This document shows positions 1 through 7,501 of a DNA stretch of 27,023 bases, in pieces. The DNA is from an uncultured Ardenticatenaceae bacterium (GTDB lineage: Bacteria > Chloroflexota > Anaerolineae > Promineifilales > Promineifilaceae). Below the pieces are notes generated by a model. That model saw nothing but the letters and a program-made list of their open reading frames with translations, made no database searches and was not told where the DNA came from. A program made the position numbers and the translations under genes. The number at the start of each line of letters is the position of its first letter. Position 1 is the first letter of the stretch. The stretch lies in the NCBI GenBank assembly GCA_964429835.1, contig CAYSDT010000001.1, positions 1 to 27,023 on the forward strand, in the 5' to 3' direction.

Positions 1-3000
1 TCGGCACGTTCTTCTGTTTCGCTGAACAGACGGATATTTTCCAATGCGACGGACACATAATTGGCAACACCCACCAGCAAATCCATGTCAGATTCTTTGT
101 ATGCGTTGTACTGGTCACTTTGGCATGACAAAACGCCCAGTCGCTTTGTGCCTACTTGTAAAGCAACAAATAGCTTTGAAACAGAAGGATGCTGTGAAAT
201 ATCGCCAACCACAACAACTCCTGACTGATCTTGTTGCAATGCCTCTTCTGGTGTCAAATGCTGTAACAAGGGTCGGCCTGTTTGCAAAACCTGATAAGAA
301 GATGTCTCTGGCGTAATTGGTACTGGTAATGGGTGTTCGTGATATTGGCCGCCTTCAAAATTACTCACGATTGTTATCGCATTTAGTTCATCGTCATACA
401 GCCCTGCAAAAAAGGCATCTACGGGCATGATGGCTTGTATCCGCCGATAAACAACTTCAAGCATCTTTTCCATATCTGATTCTTGCGAAACAGCACTGGC
501 AATCTGATTGATTGTCGTCAATCGCTTTGCTTGGGCTTCGGTGGCGAAGAGGGCGCGTTGGGTTTCGTCTGTAAGGCGAAGGTTTTCGATGCGGGCGGTG
601 AGTTGGGCGGTAACGGCCGTTATAATTTCAGTCGTCTCTGCATCCCACTCCTCATCATCGTCATGCGAAAACAGGGCAAGATTACCGATTTTTTCGCCAT
701 AAACAAGCAAAGGATGGTCATATGCCGCCGTTTCCATTTCCTCTATTACATCCGCTCCCGCGCCACTGTCGTACACAAACGACAACTCTTGTGCCTGTGT
801 ATCCACATAAGAATCCCAGCCCTCGCGTGTCAGGCGGCGTGTCAATACATCTAATTCAGCCACAGCCTCTTCCGATTGCTCAAACAAGCGTGCATTTTGA
901 ATAGCAAAGCCGATCTGGCTACCGACAGCAGCCAACCACTCCACATCAGCATCACGTCCAGTCAGCACCTCTGTGCTAAACAGGCAAAGCGTACCTAATA
1001 CATCCCCGTGCGCCTGCATGGGAACACCCTGATACGCCTTATATCCCCGTGCCAATACGCCCGTAACATCAATCGGTGCGTATTCCGCCAAGTTTCCCAA
1101 CACAATCGGTTTATTGTCCTGGTAAACCAGATCGCAAAGCGTTCCATCAAGCCCGCCACTTGCGCCCAGAATTGCGGCCCATTCTTCTGGTAAACGGTAC
1201 GCTTGTAAGTCCAACGAATCAGTTTCCGTATTTACAATGCTAAACAGCCCTGATCCAAACCCAGTCGATGACAGCACTTGTTGCAACACCTCATCCAGCA
1301 CGGTTTCTAAATCTAATGTGCCGCTGGCTGTTTTGGTGATGGCAAGTAACGCCTCTGTTTCTGCCAATGCCCCTTGTGTTTCACGATATTGCTCTGCATT
1401 TTGCAAAGCAACGGCAATCTGCGAAGCCAACGTCGTTTGGATATTACGATCCTCTCTGGAGAAATAGTCAGTCTTGTCTGATTGAATATCCATCACACCC
1501 AACACATAGTCTCCAAGAATGATGGGAATCGCCATTTCCGCTTGTGTTTTAGGCAAATGCGGATTGGTCATATAATCAGGTCGCGTACGCACATCGTTCA
1601 CGGTAACGCCAGATTTCGTTCGTACTGATTCAGCAACGACCGAGTGGGGGTGGTCAAGCGCGATCTGGTGGTGTTCAGCAACCAACACCCTGCCCGCCTC
1701 ACCAGCACCAGCCATCAACACCATTTTGTCACCATCATCATTCATCAAATAAATGTGAGCATGATAATAACCAAAATGATCCTTGATCGTGTCGGATACA
1801 AGCTGCAACAACGGTTTTATTTCCATGATGGCTGAAATCGTGATGCTGATATCGGCTACTGCTTGTAAATTGACTGCATGTGCTTCAATTGCGGCTTCAA
1901 TGCGTTGGCGTTCAGTAATGTCACGGTTGTAAACGACAATGCCCGTCATTTCACCATCGTCACCATAAGTTGCCCGCGCCTTGCGCCATACCTTAACAAG
2001 GGAACCGTCTTTCCTGACGAGATCAGTTTCCACTTCTATATATCCTTCCTTTTTAAGTTTGGGGTACATTTTTTTGAACAGCCCCGCCCCTTCTGCGGTA
2101 AAGAATTTGGTGACATGCTGCCCAATCGCCTCATCCCGTTCGTAACCTAATGCTTGCAAATAAACATCATTACAATCCACCAAAAGGCCTTCTACACTCA
2201 CCAGTTCAATGGCATCGGCAGCGGCATCAAACAGTGTGCGATAACGTTCTTCACTGGCTTTTAGCGTCTCTCTGGCTTGCTTGCGTTCGCTAACATCTCG
2301 TTTTATGGCAACGAAATGGGTGATTTTATCCCCCATCGTCCGCACAGGGGTAATCGTCATCTCGTCTGTATAAAGCGAACCATCCTTGCGTCGGTTAATT
2401 ACTTCTTTTTGCCAAACACGGCCGTCTAAAACGGTATCCCACAGGTCTTTGTAAAAACCAGGCTCATGCTTCCCTGATTTCAAAACACGGGGATTGCCGC
2501 CGACTGCTTCTTCAAATGTATAGCCTGTTAATGTTGTAAATGCCGCATTCACCCATTGGATCGTGCCACCGATATTAGTGATGGCAACCCCTTCTAGTAT
2601 TGATTCCAGTGCGTAATTTTGTAATTGTAACTGCTCTCGTACATGTTTCCGTTCGCTAATATCTTGGGAAGATGCAACTAAACCAATCGGAACGCCATCC
2701 TCACCTTTTAACAAGGCAACAGCCATCCATGTTGGAAAAGTCGTGCCATCTTTATGTTTATGGCCTACTTCACCTTGATTGCTGCCTGTTTCTATAATTT
2801 TTTGATTGAATGGCTCTACTTCATTCTGTAATTGCTCTGGGGTATGGAATATAGTGAGCGGCTGGCCGATCAGTTCATCAACCTGATAGCCGTGCATTTT
2901 AGCCCATGCAGGGTTGATAAATTGGATATTACCTTCTAAGTCGGCAATAGCTGTTCCGTCGAGACTTTGTTCTATGGCGGCCACCAATCTTATCCATTGT

Positions 3001-3470
3001 ATTTCTTCATGTGATTCTATAGTGCAAGCTGTGGCGGCGATGGCAAGTTTATGAAACAACGGCCGTTTTTCCTCAATTTCCTCCTCCGACAATGGATCAC
3101 CCTTTTTCAACACGATCATGACCCCATAATCGGGCAAATCAAAGCCGTATTGATGGCTGTCTTCATGTTGATTAACAAATGCAAGCGTCTCCGTGCCTTG
3201 TTCCAACAGTGCTTCGGCTTGCTCCAGCGCAGTGCGGTAAGCGGCATTGCGCTTGATGCGCCCTTTGGTGTACTGCTCTTGCAATTGGGAATCTCCATTC
3301 CCCATCGCCACCCGCTGATACACCCCAAGAGAAGAGGCTGCCAACTGCTCGAAAAAGGCCGCCCCGCTCTCTGCTAACATCTGATGCAGATCAAGGCTGT
3401 TGCCAATCGACAGCGACAACTGATAAAGGGCTTCCACACGCTCTGTTTGTTTTGTGGTTGAATCACTCAT
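1..3470 (-). CDS. Soluble multi-PAS/multi-GAF sensor protein, 3' end truncated by window edge (>=1156 aa): degenerate GAF-like N-terminus, 3 PAS, GAF, GAF, Trp half-GAF module, GAF
   Basis: Hand translation from ATG at 3470 (MSDSTTKQTERVEALYQLSLSIGNSLDL...) is open to base 1 (...VSVALENIRLFSETEERA). PAS/PAC motifs include INPAWAKMHGY, VNAAFTTLTGY...NPRVLKSG, RKDG and DISERK/DVSERK/DITER. GAF motif FGYYHAHIYL...TQAEMAIPIILGDYVLGVMDIQS. Starts 14 nt after the stop of the upstream gene. Absent from the ORF track because it has no stop in the window. Confidence 0.92.
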   Translation of the reverse strand, partial: MSDSTTKQTERVEALYQLSLSIGNSLDLHQMLAESGAAFFEQLAASSLGVYQRVAMGNGDSQLQEQYTKGRIKRNAAYRTALEQAEALLEQGTETLAFVNQHEDSHQYGFDLPDYGVMIVLKKGDPLSEEEIEEKRPLFHKLAIAATACTIESHEEIQWIRLVAAIEQSLDGTAIADLEGNIQFINPAWAKMHGYQVDELIGQPLTIFHTPEQLQNEVEPFNQKIIETGSNQGEVGHKHKDGTTFPTWMAVALLKGEDGVPIGLVASSQDISERKHVREQLQLQNYALESILEGVAITNIGGTIQWVNAAFTTLTGYTFEEAVGGNPRVLKSGKHEPGFYKDLWDTVLDGRVWQKEVINRRKDGSLYTDEMTITPVRTMGDKITHFVAIKRDVSERKQARETLKASEERYRTLFDAAADAIELVSVEGLLVDCNDVYLQALGYERDEAIGQHVTKFFTAEGAGLFKKMYPKLKKEGYIEVETDLVRKDGSLVKVWRKARATYGDDGEMTGIVVYNRDITERQRIEAAIEAHAVNLQAVADISITISAIMEIKPLLQLVSDTIKDHFGYYHAHIYLMNDDGDKMVLMAGAGEAGRVLVAEHHQIALDHPHSVVAESVRTKSGVTVNDVRTRPDYMTNPHLPKTQAEMAIPIILGDYVLGVMDIQSDKTDYFSREDRNIQTTLASQIAVALQNAEQYRETQGALAETEALLAITKTASGTLDLETVLDEVLQQVLSSTGFGSGLFSIVNTETDSLDLQAYRLPEEWAAILGASGGLDGTLCDLVYQDNKPIVLGNLAEYAPIDVTGVLARGYKAYQGVPMQAHGDVLGTLCLFSTEVLTGRDADVEWLAAVGSQIGFAIQNARLFEQSEEAVAELDVLTRRLTREGWDSYVDTQAQELSFVYDSGAGADVIEEMETAAYDHPLLVYGEKIGNLALFSHDDDEEWDAETTEIITAVTAQLTARIENLRLTDETQRALFATEAQAKRLTTINQIASAVSQESDMEKMLEVVYRRIQAIMPVDAFFAGLYDDELNAITIVSNFEGGQYHEHPLPVPITPETSSYQVLQTGRPLLQHLTPEEALQQDQSGVVVVGDISQHPSVSKLFVALQVGTKRLGVLSCQSDQYNAYKESDMDLLVGVANYVSVALENIRLFSETEERA

Positions 3471-3484
3471 AACGTCTACCCTGA

Positions 3485-6151
3485 TTAGTTTAATTCCACG
3501 ACTGCTTTTTTAATTTTCAATGCACGACCTAACTCGGAAACGGCCGTTTTCATCGCCCCTTGCACCGTTTGCGCCCCTTGAATCTTCTGACTAATTTCGT
3601 TAATCAGCCGTTCACGCTCGGCACGTCTTTCCGTCGCTTCAAATTGGCGTACATTTTGTATGGCAATGCTGATCGATCCAGCCAATGTGACTAACAGACG
3701 TTGATCGTCCTCACCGTACCGTCGATTTTCATGGAAACTTTTAAGGGCAATCACACCAATCACCTCGCCAGCAGCCAACATCGGGACAGCTAAATAAGTG
3801 TCTGGAATACGCATGTCCCCTTCTAACACACCGCCCCGCGCCAAAAATTCTTCCTCTGCGCTCTCGTCATGGGTGCTGTTAAAAATAAGCGGCCGTTTTG
3901 TGCGAATCACTTCGGCCGTAAAACCACCGTTCTTATCAGCCAATCGGGATGGGATATGCTGTATGCCAACATCTGGGTTGTAAAAATAAGGAAAAACCAT
4001 CATTCGGGATGACGGGTTATACAAGGAAAAATAGATGCCTTTAGCCGCAAACGCTTCTTGCAAACGGGGTCCAATGCTCGCAAACAGCGTTGATAAATCA
4101 AGATGCGTAGAAACCATCTCGCTAATCTCATTCAGCAGGAGTAATTCTTCACTACGTTCTTCCGTCTGGCGCAAAGCGTCCTGTGTGGCCGTGAATAAAT
4201 TCAAGTTTTCCAACGCCAATCCAACATGATTAGCAATACCAAACAGCAGTGCAATATCCTCTTCGGTAAAATCGTGGAATTGGTAATTTTGCACCGACAT
4301 CACACCAATCGCCTTCGCCCCCGCCATCAGCGGAACAAAGGCCATGTTAGACGGCCGTTGATTTTCATCATCATCACCGCCAGTCAGCAATAAATTCTGA
4401 TCCTCCGTTTCCCTGTCCCAGAACTCCTCTGGTGTGTAGTTCACATAAATCGGCTTGCCGCTCTGCCAAACTTGTGTCGTCTCTACTTTCGGATCGACTC
4501 CCATAGGAGGAACATCGTGTATCACCTCATCATCATAGAAATAGGGGAAAATAAAATGCTTATGCGTTTCATCATACATCGCAATGAAAAAGGTGTCGGT
4601 GACAACAACACGGGCGACTTGTTCGTGAACGGCCGTAAACAGTTCGCCTTCACCAAGCTGTTGCGAAACGACCTGCGCCACCTCGTTGATGACCGCCAAC
4701 TGCTCGGCTCGCTTATCCAATTCCTGACGACCCAACTCAGTTGTCTCTAACAGCCGCGCCCGTTCCAGCGCGTCCGCTATCTGACGTGATAAGCCGTCCA
4801 GCAGTAGTTGCTCATCCGCCGTTAGTGGCTCGCCCGATGGGTTACGCACGTCCAAATAGCCAATCGTTTCCGATTGCACCGTCAGGGGGATGGAAACAGG
4901 AATATCAGCATCGGGGAAAACGGCCGTTTCTGGCATCGTCGCCGAATTCATATTCACAATGTCGCGTGCAATCGGCTGCACCTGTTCGTTATCGAACATA
5001 TAACCCCGAATCTGCCGCTCATCATCGGCCAAAAATGCTTGCCAATTTTCACGCGCCATCACCTGTTGTAATTTATTTAAGTTTTCTAACGCTTCTTGCC
5101 GTTGTTGATATTGACGCGCATTTTGAAGAGCAACGGCCGTTTGTGCCGCCAACAGCGTAAGGATACGCGCATCCTCCTCATCAAATTGCCCAACATCAGC
5201 CGCATGCATGTCCAAAACACCCAACAATTCATCGCCAACCAACATCGGTATAGCCAATTCACTGCGCGTATCTGGCAATAGTTCGTGCGCCATAAAATGG
5301 GCATCAAGCTGCACATCACTGCTTATAACACTGCGACGTGTTCGCGCCGCTCGTGCAACCAGCGACCGTTCCTGATGCAAAGAAATTGAAAGAACTGCAC
5401 GACTTTCAGCCGCCAACATCTGCTCGGCAGCAGAGCCAGCAACGGCCGTTAATGCCAACTTTTCTTGTACTACATCAAACAAAAAGATATGCGTATGATA
5501 CAAATCAAACCCATCACTTATTGATTCAACAACAGTATCCAACAGTTCACGCAAATCTAAAATAGCGGCTATATCTACACTAACCGTCGCCACCGTTTCC
5601 AACTCAACCGCCCGCTTCAACGCAAGTGCCTGCTCTTTTTCCAGATCAACAGCTAACTGGCGCTCACGTTCCATCCGCTCCTGCAATAAAATTTGCGAGC
5701 TTTTGTAATATAATTCCTGCTCGGTAAGCACCTCATTTAATCGTGCATCTATATAGCTTTGTAAAAACAATTGCCGATAATGATGAAGCGTTGCCTCCGC
5801 CCTTTCCCCCACTCCTTCCAGCATGACAACCGCTCGATCATGCAGCTTATCTATCAAAAGAACAGCGACCATAGGTGACAACCCATCACTCGCCAACGTT
5901 CGCACATGCGCCTGCAATTCTGGTTGAGAAATCTGTCCACTGACATATTGAATAAACACATCAATAATTTGCTGACTGGTCTTGGGAATATGGCGCATTG
6001 ATCCCAACGCGGCCGTATTATCAAAAATATGACGGCGTAATTCGCCTGCCATTAGTTCAATCAGCATATCCGTTTGAGCCGACAACTGTTCTATGCAAAT
6101 TGGTGATAAAACAGTCTCAGGGTTTCTCGATTGGGTCATTAGCGCACTCAT
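3485..6151 (-). CDS. Soluble GAF-domain protein (888 aa): helical N-terminal domain, GAF, Trp half-GAF module, 2 GAF, partial-GAF C-terminal tail
   Basis: GAF signatures TRSELAIPMLVGDELLGVLDMH, AFVPLMAGAKAIGVMSVQNY and YLAVPMLAAGEVIGVIAL, each followed by a Q/H..A.AL.N helix. No hydrophobic TM segment. No kinase, cyclase or phosphatase motif recognised. Confidence 0.92.
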   Translation of the reverse strand: MSALMTQSRNPETVLSPICIEQLSAQTDMLIELMAGELRRHIFDNTAALGSMRHIPKTSQQIIDVFIQYVSGQISQPELQAHVRTLASDGLSPMVAVLLIDKLHDRAVVMLEGVGERAEATLHHYRQLFLQSYIDARLNEVLTEQELYYKSSQILLQERMERERQLAVDLEKEQALALKRAVELETVATVSVDIAAILDLRELLDTVVESISDGFDLYHTHIFLFDVVQEKLALTAVAGSAAEQMLAAESRAVLSISLHQERSLVARAARTRRSVISSDVQLDAHFMAHELLPDTRSELAIPMLVGDELLGVLDMHAADVGQFDEEDARILTLLAAQTAVALQNARQYQQRQEALENLNKLQQVMARENWQAFLADDERQIRGYMFDNEQVQPIARDIVNMNSATMPETAVFPDADIPVSIPLTVQSETIGYLDVRNPSGEPLTADEQLLLDGLSRQIADALERARLLETTELGRQELDKRAEQLAVINEVAQVVSQQLGEGELFTAVHEQVARVVVTDTFFIAMYDETHKHFIFPYFYDDEVIHDVPPMGVDPKVETTQVWQSGKPIYVNYTPEEFWDRETEDQNLLLTGGDDDENQRPSNMAFVPLMAGAKAIGVMSVQNYQFHDFTEEDIALLFGIANHVGLALENLNLFTATQDALRQTEERSEELLLLNEISEMVSTHLDLSTLFASIGPRLQEAFAAKGIYFSLYNPSSRMMVFPYFYNPDVGIQHIPSRLADKNGGFTAEVIRTKRPLIFNSTHDESAEEEFLARGGVLEGDMRIPDTYLAVPMLAAGEVIGVIALKSFHENRRYGEDDQRLLVTLAGSISIAIQNVRQFEATERRAERERLINEISQKIQGAQTVQGAMKTAVSELGRALKIKKAVVELN

Positions 6152-6179
6152 AAGCTCTCTCTTATTTACGATTGTGCAG

Positions 6180-6214
6180 TAGAGTGGTTCAATCTTGAAG
6201 ATTGAACCACTCTA
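6180..6214. repeat. 35-bp near-perfect palindrome, GTAG-type REP-like
   Basis: TAGAGTGGTTCAATCTT-G-AAGATTGAACCACTCTA has 17-bp perfect arms and a 1-nt centre. G6179 makes the 5' end GTAG. Confidence 0.8.
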
Positions 6215-6272
6215 AATCTAAAAAGGGTTATTTCTTGCCGTAGTCACAAGCAAAGGCAATGTGTTTTACTAA

Positions 6273-6367
6273 CTGGAGTCTGGCGAAAATCAAATCTCAG
6301 TCGAGTTGTAGGGGCGGCTCGCGAGCCGCCCCTACTGGAGAGAAATTTCAAAAACGCCAGTGTCCAG
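6273..6367. mobile_element. 95-bp MITE-like element with a central perfect REP palindrome
   Basis: Ends CTGGAGTCTGGCG (6273-6285) and CGCCAGTGTCCAG (6355-6367) are inverted repeats matching 11/13. Flanked by the direct repeat TTACTAA (6266-6272 and 6368-6374). The core is the perfect 28-bp palindrome GTAGGGGCGGCTCGCGAGCCGCCCCTAC (6308-6335). Confidence 0.65.
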
Positions 6368-6396
6368 TTACTAACCATTGACCAGTATCAAAAGAA

Positions 6397-7188
6397 TTAT
6401 TTCTTTTCTAAAATAGCGGCATAAAATTCTAGTTCTACACCTTCGTGATCTTCTTCGGTAAACATATCGCCGATACCTAGCCACTCAGCAATAGGTTTAT
6501 AGCCATTCTCATCAACAACCCACGGCCCCATAATCTCCTTCGCCTGATCGAGCGTGATAAATTCAAAGTGCGCCCCCATCTGATCGAACATAGCCAGGAA
6601 TTGATCCATCTTGGGCGTTGTCATCTCTGGGTTTTTGCTTTCAAACGTGACGAAAATTCTGCTACCAGGTGCAGCCCAATCATACAGGTCTTGCATCAAC
6701 TTTATGTTTTCTTCCATAGAGAAGAACGATGTTACCGCGTTAACGACAAAGGCAATTTTACGATCATCACCAAAAAGTTCTTTTACAACGGGGGAAGACA
6801 AGATTGCTTCTACATTACGCGCATCTTCCTGAATGTAACGGGCATTGGGGTTGCCATCCAATAGTTCTGTGCCAAATGTCACCGTAACGGGATCATTATC
6901 CACATAAATCACTTTAGAATTAGGCACTAAAGAGTGAAGGTGGTCGGCGGTGGGCAATCCAGAACCGAGATCGATAAATTTATTGAATCCCAGTGCTTCC
7001 ATCTGATGTGCGCCTTCACGAATAAATTGGCGCAAAATATGCACCCATTTTTTCGTAGATGGGACAAGGCTGAACATATATTCAGCAGCTTGGCGGTCTG
7101 CTTCATAATTATGGTGTCCCCCTAATGTATAATCGTATATTCGACTCGCATTAGGAAATTCACTCTGTGCATTTTGTTGATCGGTCAT
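6397..7188 (-). CDS. SAM-dependent methyltransferase, Methyltransf_19 (DUF574)-like, 263 aa
   Basis: Family-typical N-terminus PNASRIYDYTLGGHHNYEADRQAAE, SAM-binding motif FIDLGSGLPT and YVDNDP. Start placed at ATG 7188 (MTDQQ) because AAGGAG lies 9 nt upstream; the ORF track starts it at 7215. Confidence 0.88.
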   Translation of the reverse strand: MTDQQNAQSEFPNASRIYDYTLGGHHNYEADRQAAEYMFSLVPSTKKWVHILRQFIREGAHQMEALGFNKFIDLGSGLPTADHLHSLVPNSKVIYVDNDPVTVTFGTELLDGNPNARYIQEDARNVEAILSSPVVKELFGDDRKIAFVVNAVTSFFSMEENIKLMQDLYDWAAPGSRIFVTFESKNPEMTTPKMDQFLAMFDQMGAHFEFITLDQAKEIMGPWVVDENGYKPIAEWLGIGDMFTEEDHEGVELEFYAAILEKK

Positions 7189-7329
7189 ACTGATGTACTC
7201 CTTTACATGACTCATGGGCTGGCTTCTGTTTCACCATTTAGTGAATGCCAACTAGTTTTGATTTTGGACTGTTTTATAAAACCATGACAAGCGTATTATC
7301 TGGATAATAAAATAGTCCTTTCTAATTCT

Positions 7330-7501
7330 GTTAGTGTCATTAGTTATTCGCCACCTTTTGTACTCGGCAAATAAATTCGCTGCTACGATTGCAAAGTCGG
7401 TCTACACCGACTGAGAGCCAGACCGCGTAGGCGGTCTTCGCAATGAGTAGGCGCGGTTTTAACCGCCAGCCAACAAGTGGCTAATAATTCATGACACTAA
7501 C
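7330..7501. mobile_element. 172-bp MITE-like element with 25-bp TIRs, 7-bp target duplication and three internal hairpins
   Basis: Left TIR GTTAGTGTCATTAGTTATTCGCCAC versus right-end reverse complement GTTAGTGTCATGAATTATTAGCCAC (22/25). Direct repeat TAATTCT at 7323-7329 and 7502-7508. Internal hairpins AGTCGG-TCTACA-CCGACT, GACCGC-GTAG-GCGGTC and GCGGTT-TT-AACCGC. Confidence 0.75.

Noticed and set aside
44-3377. Many 60-123 aa plus-strand ORFs and the 70-aa minus ORF at 3116-3328
   Set aside because: All overlap the long minus-strand frame 3470 to <1, which has clear PAS/GAF motifs.
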